Source: a virus
Strand: one strand, 5' to 3'
DNA: 44,945 nucleotides
Virus genome (UHGV): UHGV-1372148
The position numbers and the translations under genes are program-made. The stretch's first letter is position 1; each line of letters starts with the position of its first letter. Shown piece after piece: positions 28,829 to 38,204 of this stretch. Under the pieces are notes generated by a model. The model was not told the origin of the DNA. It made no database searches and worked only from the letters and a program-made list of their open reading frames with translations.

Positions 28829-29209
28829 TTAGCCGTTGACGAGGTAGCCGCGCTCCTTCAGCTTCCACGTCGGCCAAAAGATGATAGCGTCGGAGTTGTG
28901 AAACTGCGTAGATCGAGCGCGCCGCAGTTCGAGCTGATTAGCGCGGATCTGTGCCATGTTGTCGCGGTAGTACGGTGCGGTACGGAGGTAGGCCTCCAAG
29001 CTCTTCGCTGTGTACGTGAGTGCGAAGTGACGCACGGCCTCGATACAGAGGCTCGGTACGGTCATATCACATTCAGGATCGAGAGCGATGTCGACGATCC
29101 AGCGGATGACCTCGTCGGCGACGCGTTCCTTGCGTCGCTTCGACGGGCGGTACAGCGGGTTGACCTTTTTCGCGGGCTTCTCCGCCTTTGTTTTCTTCGC
29201 GTCTTTCAT
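28829..29209 (-). CDS. Hypothetical protein.
   Basis: 126-aa ORF in the replication module. Confidence 0.4.
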   Translation of the reverse strand: MKDAKKTKAEKPAKKVNPLYRPSKRRKERVADEVIRWIVDIALDPECDMTVPSLCIEAVRHFALTYTAKSLEAYLRTAPYYRDNMAQIRANQLELRRARSTQFHNSDAIIFWPTWKLKERGYLVNG

Positions 29210-29224
29210 CGTGTGCCGTGGCCG

Positions 29225-29671
29225 TTAGAAGGGGAGATCGTCGGCCGCCGTGGGTGCGTCCGCTGGGGCTTGTGCCGCTGCGCCCTTGGCCTGCGTCTTC
29301 GGCGCGGTGGCCGTAGGCTGTGCCGTCGGAGCTGCGGTCGCGGGTGCTGTCGCTGGTGCGCCCTGCTGCTGCCCGTTATAGACGACGTTCCACGCGCGGA
29401 CGTCGGTATACCAGCGCCCGTTAAATTCGCGGCTCTCGATGTCCACGGAAGCCGTCACCGACTGCCCGACCGCGAGGGGGAACTTATCGACGTTGTCGCC
29501 GAAGAGGCAGACGCACACCTTGCGGGGGTACTGCCCATGCGTCTCGAGGATGAAGTCCTGCTTTTTCCACTGGTTGCCCGCCTTCGACGTCCCCGTCTGC
29601 AAGGGGAGGATGTTAAGGACGATGCCCGAAATGTTAAGGGGCGTGCTGTTGTTAGGAGTAATTTCGCTCAT
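29225..29671 (-). CDS. SSB-like OB-fold protein (DUF3127-type) with an acidic C-terminal tail.
   Basis: C-terminus ...AADDLPF resembles the SSB DDDIPF tip, preceded by an Ala/Pro/Thr-rich linker. Confidence 0.55.
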   Translation of the reverse strand: MSEITPNNSTPLNISGIVLNILPLQTGTSKAGNQWKKQDFILETHGQYPRKVCVCLFGDNVDKFPLAVGQSVTASVDIESREFNGRWYTDVRAWNVVYNGQQQGAPATAPATAAPTAQPTATAPKTQAKGAAAQAPADAPTAADDLPF

Positions 29672-29733
29672 AATTAGCTGATTATTAGTGATTAGTAGTT
29701 ATGTTCTATCTGTACCCGTTCTATATTAGCGAG

Positions 29734-31620
29734 TTAGAAGGGGAGCGGCGGGCGGTCGCCGTCGGTCTCCCAGTCGGATAGTCCCGTGGTACGGAGGAGG
29801 GGATCGTCGTCCTCGTCGTCGGAGGGATCGAAGGGGATAGCCGTTGATGCCTTTGCTTCGTCGGCGTTGCGCTTGTCGATGATGTCGAGGTGCGAGGTGT
29901 TGTCCCACTCGGGTAGGACGTCTTGCACGTAGGGGACGTAGCGGCCGTTATTGAGGTTGTAGTGGAAGTAGGCCGTACCGCACGTCCCGAGGTGTCGGAA
30001 CTTGACCTTTTGCACGTGTACCTCGACGTTATTAGCGATGCGGTTGCGGTGGACTACTATCCCGAAGTCGGCCTTGTTGAAGAAGTTCGCCGAGCCGCTG
30101 ATGTCGTAGAGTGTGGGGGCTTCGATGATGCCGTCCTTGTTGCGTGGCTGCTTCGTGGGGTGCGCCATGAGGATCACGAGGAGGTCGTTACGCTGCGCAA
30201 AGTTTGTGAGCTTGTCGAGCAGCTCGGATATGTACTGCGTTTCGCTGCGTGTTCCCTGCTCGCTCTCGAGGCGGTTGTAGGGGTCGATTACGAGGGCTTT
30301 TATGCCCTTTCGTCGTACGAGTGATTTGGCCTTCTCGAGGATGTTGTCGACTTTGAAGCTGTCGGTCGGCGAGATGAAGAAGTAGTTGTTTTCGATATGC
30401 TCCTTCACCCGCTTGTACTCGACGCCCGAGAGGCTCGATTTAGAGAAGCGCTTGCCCGTGTATTTCTCGATGAGTTTCGAGGCGTGGTAGGCGAGGGGGG
30501 CGTTCTCGGGGGAGAAGTAGGCGAACTTCCACCCGTAGCGGACGTTTAGGCGTTCGGCGATCTCGTCGATAAACTCCGACTTCCCCGAGCCGGGGATGCC
30601 CGTCACGATGCAGAGGCGCTTCGTCTCGAAGGAGCAGAGGGCGTCGAAGTTGGGGTGTCCGATGGTCTGCCCCTGCTGCCAGCCATGCTCGTAGAGTGCG
30701 TCGAGCGATCCCTCGAAGTCGGTAACGGTAAATACCCCGTCTATGGCCGTCTCGGGTGCGTCGGCGAGGCACTGCAGGAGCGAGGCTTTGCCGTATTTGA
30801 TGAGGTGCTCGTTGGCGTCCTTGCACCCCTCGCCGTACTCTACGACGCGGCAGCGTTCGACGCCGAAGCGACGCATAAGCTCGTCACGCAGGACGACGCC
30901 CTTAGTGTCAGTATCGACGGCTATATAGATGACCTCCTTATCGTCGAAGTACTGCTCGAGGTAGTCGTCGAGGTAGTCGAGGTTAGCGTTAGCGCCGTTG
31001 GGGACGCTAACGACGTCGAGGCGTCCACATTCGACGAAGCTAAGGGCGTCCATTTCGCCCTCGGTGATGACGCACTCGGGTGTTCCCCCGATGGCGTTGA
31101 TGTTGTATGGGAGAAGCTCTGCGCCCGATACGAGCTTAAACTCTTTTCGCCCCGTGCGGTACTTGACGTTGACCAGCTCCTCGCCGCGGTAGTAGTTGAA
31201 CTGCACGGTGTTCTCGGGCTTGTTCGTCTGTGGCATCCACTCCATACCCTCGGTCACGTTGAGTGCTCGGAGTGTCTGCTCGCTGATGCCTCGGGAGGCA
31301 AACCACGCGAGCGCCTTCGCGCCGACCTGATGGCGTTGCTCCTCGGTGGCCTGCGCCGTGGGGAGTTTGTACACCTTCTTCTGCTTTCGGATCGTGGAGC
31401 GCTGCTGCCAGTCGTCCTTGACGCGTACCTCGTTCGTCCCCGACCAGTTGCAGTAGTGGCAGTGCCATACGCCCTTGTCGAGGTCTACGGAGAGGCTTTT
31501 ATCTCGTTTGTTACTCCGCTGGTCGTGGCACTGGGGGCAGATCGTCTTGATCTTCCCCGACCGACGGCCGTAGGGTATGTCGATGCCGAACTCGGCGTAG
31601 TCTTTATGCTTGGTTTCCAT
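29734..31620 (-). CDS. Bifunctional DNA primase-helicase (zinc finger, Toprim and DnaB/RecA-like P-loop helicase domains).
   Basis: Zn finger CPQCHD...HCHYCNWSG, Toprim motif VITEGEMDALS, Walker A GIPGSGKSEF. Confidence 0.75.
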   Translation of the reverse strand: METKHKDYAEFGIDIPYGRRSGKIKTICPQCHDQRSNKRDKSLSVDLDKGVWHCHYCNWSGTNEVRVKDDWQQRSTIRKQKKVYKLPTAQATEEQRHQVGAKALAWFASRGISEQTLRALNVTEGMEWMPQTNKPENTVQFNYYRGEELVNVKYRTGRKEFKLVSGAELLPYNINAIGGTPECVITEGEMDALSFVECGRLDVVSVPNGANANLDYLDDYLEQYFDDKEVIYIAVDTDTKGVVLRDELMRRFGVERCRVVEYGEGCKDANEHLIKYGKASLLQCLADAPETAIDGVFTVTDFEGSLDALYEHGWQQGQTIGHPNFDALCSFETKRLCIVTGIPGSGKSEFIDEIAERLNVRYGWKFAYFSPENAPLAYHASKLIEKYTGKRFSKSSLSGVEYKRVKEHIENNYFFISPTDSFKVDNILEKAKSLVRRKGIKALVIDPYNRLESEQGTRSETQYISELLDKLTNFAQRNDLLVILMAHPTKQPRNKDGIIEAPTLYDISGSANFFNKADFGIVVHRNRIANNVEVHVQKVKFRHLGTCGTAYFHYNLNNGRYVPYVQDVLPEWDNTSHLDIIDKRNADEAKASTAIPFDPSDDEDDDPLLRTTGLSDWETDGDRPPLPF

Positions 31621-31751
31621 AATCGCTCTCTAAGCGTCGATTTTTCTGTGGGTGGTATAAGTGTCCGCTCCGATGGTTTGAAGCCGACACGCGGCGATTG
31701 TGTAGGCAAAAACGGGTATTTGTTGCTTCATCGTTGATCTCCGCCGTTAGG

Positions 31752-32750
31752 TTATATCAATATCCACGCCTTCGAGGAGGCGTCCCACTGATGCCGTGCC
31801 GAAGGGCGAGCGGGTGCGTCGGTGGGTATCGTCGCCAAGCCCGAGCCATAGGTGCGTCGTCCAGTCGTCGGATCGATACGTTCGTCGACGCCGAGTGTCA
31901 CCCCCTGCGCCGTCGTGGTCGTGGTGTGTGCCGCTTTGGCCGAGCGGTTGTTGTCGTAGTTACCCTCGAGGACTTTGACGACGTTCGCCGACGATCCGAG
32001 AAGCCAGTCGAAGGAGGCCACCCAGCCCGAGGAGTTCGCGCCGAGGAGGAAGGACGACTGCCCGACACGCTCGAAGAGTGCGCGCATCTGTCGCACCGCC
32101 TCGTCGGCATCCTTCGAGAGTTCGCCGAGGCGTAGTCGTATCTTTTTGCGTCGCTCGTCGGTGAGCTTCTTCACGACCTGAAGGCGGTCGCCTAAGATCT
32201 CGTTCCAAGCCGCCACGACCTCCTCGCACGCATGTGCGTGGAGAGTTCTCTCTTCTCTACTCTTCTCTACTCTACTCTTCTCTACTCTGTCGTGTTTCTG
32301 TTTGCTGAAATTCACTTCAGCTGCGTTTCTGTTGTCGGTAATGGTGGTTTCTGCATACATTAATTCGGTTTCTGTCTCAAGTGTAGGCTTTTGAGGTAGG
32401 TCAGTTTTGCGACGCTTGTAAACCTCCGAGAGGTACTTCACGAAGTTCTCGATCCAAATTATGCGCCCTTCGCGCCACAAATTGGCGTCCACTTTGCCGA
32501 GATCTATTAGCGTATCGATGATACTGCTTGCAATTTCCCCGCTCGTGCGAGTTTTTGCTAACAGAAACTCCCACTCAACGGGGTTTTTGCAGGAATAAAA
32601 GTGCCCTTCGCTTTCGCCGAGAAGCTCGAGGAGTTTAAACCAAAAGGCGTACCCATCGTTACCGTATTTGCCTTCGAGGATGTAGAGCGTTTTACCGCCC
32701 TTGCAGTAGTGAAGAAAGAAGTCCACCGTCTGTCTTGTTGGTCGTGCCAT
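31752..32750 (-). CDS. DUF4373-domain replication initiation / origin-binding protein.
   Basis: N-terminal FFLHYCKGGKTLYILEGKYGNDGYAFWFKLLELLG is the Lin1244-N / DUF4373 signature. The gene contains an internal DNA tandem repeat. Confidence 0.6.
   Translation of the reverse strand: MARPTRQTVDFFLHYCKGGKTLYILEGKYGNDGYAFWFKLLELLGESEGHFYSCKNPVEWEFLLAKTRTSGEIASSIIDTLIDLGKVDANLWREGRIIWIENFVKYLSEVYKRRKTDLPQKPTLETETELMYAETTITDNRNAAEVNFSKQKHDRVEKSRVEKSREERTLHAHACEEVVAAWNEILGDRLQVVKKLTDERRKKIRLRLGELSKDADEAVRQMRALFERVGQSSFLLGANSSGWVASFDWLLGSSANVVKVLEGNYDNNRSAKAAHTTTTTAQGVTLGVDERIDPTTGRRTYGSGLATIPTDAPARPSARHQWDASSKAWILI
32248..32292. repeat. Tandem approximately 10-bp repeat (CTCTTCTCTA) x about 4 inside the DUF4373 gene.
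   Basis: ctctacTCTTCTCTACTCTTCTCTACTCTACTCTTCTCTACTCtg. It encodes RVEKSRVEKSREE. Confidence 0.6.
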
Positions 32751-32922
32751 TGTCGCTGTTTGCTATCTGTTCGTTGTCGTTGTCTGTCGTTGTTGTGCCG
32801 AGGTGCTGTAAACGTGAAGAGCCTCGGATGGTTGGCGGGCTTATAGCTGCCCGTTTGTCCCGTCCGAGGCTCTCTCCACTTCAAATACTCAAGCATCAAT
32901 AGCCAAACAACGGGGTAAAGAT

Positions 32923-32946
32923 AGTGATTAAAATTCAATCACTTTG
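32923..32946. repeat. 24-bp element (copy 2, inverted relative to copy 1).
   Basis: ATAGTGATTAAAATTCAATCACTT is the reverse complement of copy 1. Confidence 0.75.
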
Positions 32947-33105
32947 CACCGCGTCCTCCTCGCACTTTCGCCGCAGTCGCTGGGCGAGTAGGCGAGCCGT
33001 CCGTCGCGCGTTTATGTGGCGGTTGTCCGTCCACGCCACCCCCGACGTTAGGACGTCGAGGAGGCGGATAATGGAGCGGGCGTCGCCGTGTGAGATCTTA
33101 ATCAT
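32935..33105 (-). CDS. Small hypothetical protein (56 aa).
   Basis: ATG at 33105-33103; translation MIKISHGDARSIIRLLDVLTSGVAWTDNRHINARRTARLLAQRLRRKCEEDAVQSD. It fills the gap between the initiator and the exonuclease. Confidence 0.3.
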   Translation of the reverse strand: MIKISHGDARSIIRLLDVLTSGVAWTDNRHINARRTARLLAQRLRRKCEEDAVQSD

Positions 33106-33120
33106 ATCGCGGTGGTGATA

Positions 33121-34053
33121 TTAGAGTACCGTGAGGCGTCGCGAGCCCTGCACCTCGTGCGTGTACTTATCGGCGAGATCGGGGTGGTCGGCGCGGAAGG
33201 CCTTTGCGTCGAACTTCGCCGACGGCTTCGGAGCTTTGAAGCGCGCGAGCGTCTGCCCGCCGTAGCTGATAGCCTCGGCGTCGGCGAAGGCGAGCTTAAT
33301 AGTGTCCTCGCAGCGCAGCTTCCTCTCCTCGAGGGCACTAATCTCGCGCCGTAGATCCTTCAGCTCGTTGTAGGCCTGTACGACGTCCTCGCCGACCTCT
33401 ATTACCTTCCCGTCGGTGTGGCGGTCGTACTTGAGCAGTACGTCTCTGACGCTCGTCTGTGCAGGCTCGACGCCGCCGAGGATGTTGTCGTGCCAAAAGC
33501 GCTCTACCTCCTCGATCAGCCAGCCGAAGAAGTCGGGGACGAGACGGAGGTCTTGGTAGCCAAATTCGCGCCCCTGCGTCAGCCAGCCGATGCTACCTTG
33601 GTTGATGCGAGCCACGCCGAGCTGGTACTGTACTTGACAAAACCAGTGTTTGGGGATGTCGTCGGCGTCGATCGTCTTCTGCGTCGTCTTACACTCGAGT
33701 ATGCCCGTCGCGGTGTGCGTGTCGTCGAGCCAGTAGAGGCGGTCGGGTGATACGCGGAGGAAGGGCTTAGTGTCGTCGACGATTAGCCAGTCTCCCTCGG
33801 AGGAGAGGTCTACCTCGCGCCCCGTTGCATCCTCCCAAAATCGCGCCACCGCAGGCTCGAGGATGTGGCCTGCACGCATCGCGAAGTTCTCCTCTATCGG
33901 TGCGTCGATGCCCTTCTTCCTGCGCCATAGCTGGTATTTCGTCTCGAAGGGATTAAGCCCGACTATCGTGGCCACCTCGGACGATCCGATGCCCGAGCCT
34001 CGGTACTTGAGCCACTCATCGCGGTCGGTTGGTCGTATGATCGTTGTACTCAT
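33121..34053 (-). CDS. YqaJ-like viral recombinase exonuclease (lambda-Exo family, PD-(D/E)xK).
   Basis: N-terminal IGSSEVATIVGLNPFETKYQLW is the YqaJ signature; ILECKTT is the catalytic-Lys motif. It is paired with RecT. Confidence 0.75.
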   Translation of the reverse strand: MSTTIIRPTDRDEWLKYRGSGIGSSEVATIVGLNPFETKYQLWRRKKGIDAPIEENFAMRAGHILEPAVARFWEDATGREVDLSSEGDWLIVDDTKPFLRVSPDRLYWLDDTHTATGILECKTTQKTIDADDIPKHWFCQVQYQLGVARINQGSIGWLTQGREFGYQDLRLVPDFFGWLIEEVERFWHDNILGGVEPAQTSVRDVLLKYDRHTDGKVIEVGEDVVQAYNELKDLRREISALEERKLRCEDTIKLAFADAEAISYGGQTLARFKAPKPSAKFDAKAFRADHPDLADKYTHEVQGSRRLTVL

Positions 34054-34061
34054 TGCTTGTC

Positions 34062-34937
34062 TTATACCTTCTTAAACCAGATGCCCTCGGCTTGCATGAA
34101 CTCCGCAAGGGCGATCAGCTGCTCGCGTGTGCCACGTACTACCATCGTGCGCTCGAGTACCTCGGGGATGACCGCCTCGGGGGCTTCGTACGCCGTGGGT
34201 GCTGGCTCGGCCGTCGGTGCGACGTACGCCTCGCGTGTGGCCTGCGCCTCGGCCTCGGCTTGTCGTCTTGCTTGCTCCTCCTGCAGGCGCTGGCGGTTAG
34301 CTTTGAGAGTCGCCGAGTAGGCGAGAGTGCGCTGCAGGTCAAGGCAGTCGAGGTAGTAGGCACGTAGCACGTCGCCGTCCTCGGTATCGACGGCTGCGAG
34401 GGTGTCCAGCTCAGCCTCGATCTTGAGGAGCTTCTCGCCGATCTCCTTCTCGATGGCGGGCAGGCGCTTCGTCTTGTTGAGCCACTTATCGTCCCATAGC
34501 TTCGAGAGCGGTAGGAGGGTGATGCCCTTCCTCTCCCATAGCTCCTCGATAGCGGCGCGCTTCTCGGCCTTCGCCTTGCTCTCTACGCCCTTGACCACCG
34601 CGTCGATCTTTGCGCTCCCATCGGCTATCATCTTGACCGTGTCGCCGACGATGCCCTTAAACTCCTGCAGTGGTGCGTTCCATTCGCGCTCTATCTGTAT
34701 GCGTCGGTCGTTAAGCTCCTTCGCCGCCTTGTTGAGTATGGCGCGGTCGGCCTTTGCTTGTTCGACGTTGTCCTCGGAGTAGTTCTCGGGCGTGTAGCGC
34801 TCGAGCGTCGCGGCGACGTAGTCGTGCAGTTGCAGGGCGTTCGTCGTGAGTGTGCCGAAGGTGAGGTCTAATACGTTGAGGGCGAGGCTTTGCTCGGTCA
34901 GTGGCTGTACCGCCGTCGTTGTCGTTGTTGCGTCCAT
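34062..34937 (-). CDS. DUF1351-like protein, commonly found between RecT and the exonuclease in phages.
   Basis: 291 aa; position and composition. Confidence 0.35.
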   Translation of the reverse strand: MDATTTTTAVQPLTEQSLALNVLDLTFGTLTTNALQLHDYVAATLERYTPENYSEDNVEQAKADRAILNKAAKELNDRRIQIEREWNAPLQEFKGIVGDTVKMIADGSAKIDAVVKGVESKAKAEKRAAIEELWERKGITLLPLSKLWDDKWLNKTKRLPAIEKEIGEKLLKIEAELDTLAAVDTEDGDVLRAYYLDCLDLQRTLAYSATLKANRQRLQEEQARRQAEAEAQATREAYVAPTAEPAPTAYEAPEAVIPEVLERTMVVRGTREQLIALAEFMQAEGIWFKKV

Positions 34938-34961
34938 TGTTTGTAGTTGCTTGGTTAGAGG

Positions 34962-35873
34962 TTAGAGGAGTGTATCATCGCCCTGCCCGTCGGTGGGGAG
35001 GAGTTCGCCCGTTTCGGCGTCTACGACCTCCGCTGGTGCTGCGGCCGCCGCCTTTGCCTTTGCCATCGCCTCGGAGGCCTTCGCCTGCGGAGAGCCTGCG
35101 GGGACTTCCTCGGCCACGACGTCCTCGATCCGTGCGTCGTTGTCGGCGTAGCGGGGTGCGCCGTCGGTGCTATTAAACACGGCTTGGTCGGCGGTGATGG
35201 CCTGCTGCATCTCGACCGAGAGCGGAGCGAAGCGTGAGAGGAGGAGTTTCAGCACGGTCTTGCGAGCCATCGCGTCGAAGTTCTTCGACCACTGCGACGA
35301 CGACCAGCCCTTGTCCTTGTCAGCTTTGTAGGTCTGCGAGTACTCGTAGGCGTGCGCCTCGACCTCGTCCTTCGTCATGTAGAGCGTCTTCTCGAAGCCG
35401 TTAGTAAGGCGGATAAAGGCGGCGTATCCCACCGTTGGGAGCTTCTCACGTGCGGGGAGTGCCTCGAAGCGCGTCTCTCCAGTCAGTAGGTCGAAGTGCT
35501 TTACCTCTCCCTCCTTTACGTCGGTGACGTTGATCGTGCGGAACTGCCCGCTTCGGATAGCAAGCTGGATAAAGCCCTTGTACCCGATCTGGAACTGCGC
35601 CTCCGTGATGCCCGCCTTTCGGTTGGCGTAGGGGATGACGTAGGCGAAGCCGAGATTAGGATCGAGGGGGAGGTCTAAGGCCGTCGCCTTGATACCTGCG
35701 TAGATGACGCTAAGGGGCTGGCAGGCCTGCAGGTTGGCGTTGTTAGCCACGAGGGAGGAGATGTTGTTGACGAATGAGTTCTTTTTCGTCGCCAGTACGC
35801 TCTCGAGGTAGCTCTGTGTGCGGGGGTTGCTTAACGTCTCGTTGAAGAGTTTAAGCGTGCTTGTCTGTGCCAT
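34962..35873 (-). CDS. RecT-family single-strand annealing recombinase.
   Basis: Start is MAQTSTLKLF at 35873. The region of about 300 aa is followed by an Ala/Lys-rich acidic tail. The ORF extension up to 36008 overlaps the next gene and is rejected. Confidence 0.7.
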   Translation of the reverse strand: MAQTSTLKLFNETLSNPRTQSYLESVLATKKNSFVNNISSLVANNANLQACQPLSVIYAGIKATALDLPLDPNLGFAYVIPYANRKAGITEAQFQIGYKGFIQLAIRSGQFRTINVTDVKEGEVKHFDLLTGETRFEALPAREKLPTVGYAAFIRLTNGFEKTLYMTKDEVEAHAYEYSQTYKADKDKGWSSSQWSKNFDAMARKTVLKLLLSRFAPLSVEMQQAITADQAVFNSTDGAPRYADNDARIEDVVAEEVPAGSPQAKASEAMAKAKAAAAAPAEVVDAETGELLPTDGQGDDTLL

Positions 35874-35895
35874 TGCTTTGTTTTGTTTTAGGTGG

Positions 35896-36204
35896 TTATA
35901 TGCGTGATGCTTGAATTCTATTTGTGCGGCGTCGTGCCGTGTATGTGTCTGCCTCGGAGGCGATCTCTTCGCTCGTCTTGACCTTCGTCTCGAGCAGCCA
36001 CTCCTCAAGCTCCGACTTGCGGAAGTAGAGGCGGTTGCCTCGCTTGTAGTGGGGGATCTTCCTCTCGCTCGTGAGGCGGTAGATGCGCCCGATGCTGAGG
36101 CTTGCGAACGTCGCAGCCTCGTCGGCGTCGAGGATCGTCTTAGCGCTTATCAGCGTGAGCCGCTCGATGCGGTCGAGGCGCTCGGCTATTGCTTGGCTGT
36201 CCAT
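35896..36204 (-). CDS. Excisionase-like HTH DNA-binding protein.
   Basis: KIPHYKRGNRLYFRKSELEEWL is typical of the MerR/Xis-type HTH_17 domain. Confidence 0.55.
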   Translation of the reverse strand: MDSQAIAERLDRIERLTLISAKTILDADEAATFASLSIGRIYRLTSERKIPHYKRGNRLYFRKSELEEWLLETKVKTSEEIASEADTYTARRRTNRIQASRI

Positions 36205-36225
36205 TGCTTTGTTGTTGGTGCGTGG

Positions 36226-36459
36226 TTAGTAGATGATGCCTGCGCGGTGTGCCGCACGGCCAGCGATGACCGCTACGGCGACCAGTGCGAGGCCTGCGAC
36301 CTTGATAGCGATCCACTCGCCGAGGGTCATAGGCGCGGAGGCGTTCGGGGCTTCTTCGCCAGCGAGGAGTGCGATACCCGCGATGCCGACCACGACGAGG
36401 AGGGCTTCGACCGCGATGCAGGTTAGATACTTGTTGTTGTTCTGTTCGTTCGTTTTCAT
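36226..36459 (-). CDS. Small membrane protein (2 TM helices).
   Basis: 77 aa with two hydrophobic helices. Confidence 0.4.
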   Translation of the reverse strand: MKTNEQNNNKYLTCIAVEALLVVVGIAGIALLAGEEAPNASAPMTLGEWIAIKVAGLALVAVAVIAGRAAHRAGIIY

Positions 36460-36461
36460 TG

Positions 36462-36670
36462 CTACTTGGTGTTGTTTTCGAGTGCCTCCATACGGCGGCG
36501 GATCGTGTGGATCGTATTCTTTGAGTGCAGGCCGTACTTGTCGCAGAGGTAGCTGTACACTGCGACCTTTCGCACTCCGTCTCCTTGCATCAGCTTTTTG
36601 TAGTCGGCATAGATGCGCTGGTCGCGCTCGAGCCGCTCTCGCTGGTAGGGTGTTAGTATTCTTTTGTCCA
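36462..36670 (-). CDS. Cro-like / early-operon HTH regulator.
   Basis: 69 aa counted from MDKRILTPYQRERL. It is divergent from the CI-like repressor across the operator region. Confidence 0.4.
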
Positions 36671-36676
36671 TTTCGT

Positions 36677-36722
36677 TGTGGTACTTATTTGTATCTTTGT
36701 TCGTGGTACTTTTTAGTACCCA
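36677..36722. promoter_or_regulatory. Genetic-switch operator region with an inverted repeat GTGGTACT-N5-AGTACCCAC and a second GTGGTACTT half-site.
   Basis: Seen directly in the 135-bp divergent intergenic region, together with TAtcTTTG at 36693-36700. Confidence 0.4.
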
Positions 36723-36804
36723 CTGCAAAGGTAATACAAAATGTACTACTTGCAAATAGTAATACGTTGTTTTGTTTTACTCGGACTTGATAAAAGGCTG
36801 GTTT

Positions 36805-37653
36805 ATGTCTAATAATCAAAGGCTTGCGCTGATTTACGAGGCGCTGAAAAAATCTCAGAAAGTGCGCAATCAGTCGCACTTTGCGAGCCTCGTCGGGGAG
36901 AAAAGCAGGGGCAATCTGTCGAATTACCTCTCAGGATCTAAGCCTCTCGGCGATGACCTTGTAAAACGTTATGTTGTATCTCTCTCGGATGCTATGCCCG
37001 AGTTGTCTCTCGACTGGTTAAGGACTGGCGAGGGTGATATGGTACGCGCGTACCCCGCGCTCGCACCCGTAGAGGACAACCCAGGGGCGTCGCTCCCCGA
37101 TATAGGACGACGCACCGACGTATGGGTGGGGAAGGACGACCGCGTCTATTGGACGGAAGCCATACAAGTAGGAGACGAGGAGGACTACCAGCGTGCGACG
37201 CAGGAGGGGGTGAAGCTCATCCCCGAGTTCGCCGAGGCCTTCCGCGGTGGCACGACGGGCGAGGCCGAGGAGCTGCGCACCGTAGACACCTATTGGGGAC
37301 TGCCCGACGTAGACGGAAATATGGTAGTACCTATCCGCGGAGACTCTATGGCACCTCGCTATCCTGCTGGCTGTCGCGTCGTCCTCAAGCCCTATCCCTT
37401 CAATCCTCGCCGCCCTTTGCTCCTGCCCTTTGGTGAGGTCTTTGCCGTGGCCGTGAGGCAGGAGGACGGCTATCCTCCGACGCACTACCTCAAGAAGCTA
37501 CACCGCCACCCCGACAAAGCGAAGGAGAACTACTACTATATCGCTCGGAGCTTTAACAAGGAGTACGAGGACTTCGAGATACCTATCAATGATATATGCT
37601 TCCTCTCGGCGGTCGTCGCTAAGATAGACCTCGAGCATACGTTCACGTTCTAA
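36805..37653 (+). CDS. CI-like repressor (N-terminal HTH plus C-terminal S24 LexA-type peptidase).
   Basis: PIRGDSMAPRYPAGCRVVLK carries the S24 Ser nucleophile motif. N-terminal HTH ends with LDWLRTGEG. Confidence 0.75.
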   Translation: MSNNQRLALIYEALKKSQKVRNQSHFASLVGEKSRGNLSNYLSGSKPLGDDLVKRYVVSLSDAMPELSLDWLRTGEGDMVRAYPALAPVEDNPGASLPDIGRRTDVWVGKDDRVYWTEAIQVGDEEDYQRATQEGVKLIPEFAEAFRGGTTGEAEELRTVDTYWGLPDVDGNMVVPIRGDSMAPRYPAGCRVVLKPYPFNPRRPLLLPFGEVFAVAVRQEDGYPPTHYLKKLHRHPDKAKENYYYIARSFNKEYEDFEIPINDICFLSAVVAKIDLEHTFTF

Positions 37654-37666
37654 ATCGCATACACCT

Positions 37667-38200
37667 ATGAAAAGAATTACCCTCTCTCTTCTCACTCTCG
37701 CCCTCCTCGGCGCACCAGCCGTCACGTCGTGTAAGAAGGACACACCCGCCGACGTCGTGAAGCCTTCGAGCCGTATCTCCAGCGTCGCACGCGCGCTGTC
37801 GGGTGCTTTCCACGGCGAGCAGATGGCCTCGCCCTCGACATTTGCGAAGCCCGTTATCGAGGTAGAGGACTTAGTATTTACGCCCTACGCGTCGACGCAG
37901 AAGAAGTACTACACACGTGGCGGGGAGGAGTTCGATGCCTTCGGCGAGGTCACCTCGGAGAGCTATATCAAGATCGACGGCGTCGCCCAGCCGTCGATAA
38001 AGCGAAATAACCTCTACTCGCTCCGCGAGGCTGGGAGCGAGGTGTACCTCACGATCTACTCCCTCGACGGCGGTCTAAAGGACTACGTCACGGGGAAGAC
38101 GTCACGCGTCATTACCGACGTCACCGCCGACGGCTTCACCCTCCTGCGCTTCGAGGGTGCGACCTCACCCTCCGACAAGATGGCGTTCAAGCGCCGATAA
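37667..38200 (+). CDS. Lipoprotein co-transcribed with the repressor (candidate superinfection-exclusion / lysogenic-conversion protein).
   Basis: Signal peptide MKRITLSLLTLALLGAPAVTSC, with Cys followed by KKD. Confidence 0.55.
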   Translation: MKRITLSLLTLALLGAPAVTSCKKDTPADVVKPSSRISSVARALSGAFHGEQMASPSTFAKPVIEVEDLVFTPYASTQKKYYTRGGEEFDAFGEVTSESYIKIDGVAQPSIKRNNLYSLREAGSEVYLTIYSLDGGLKDYVTGKTSRVITDVTADGFTLLRFEGATSPSDKMAFKRR

Positions 38201-38204
38201 GGCA

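Noticed and set aside
34962-36008. Long 348-aa version of RecT starting at 36008.
   Set aside because: The first 45 codons overlap the Xis-like gene in another frame and are Arg-rich. The natural start is MAQTSTLK at 35873.
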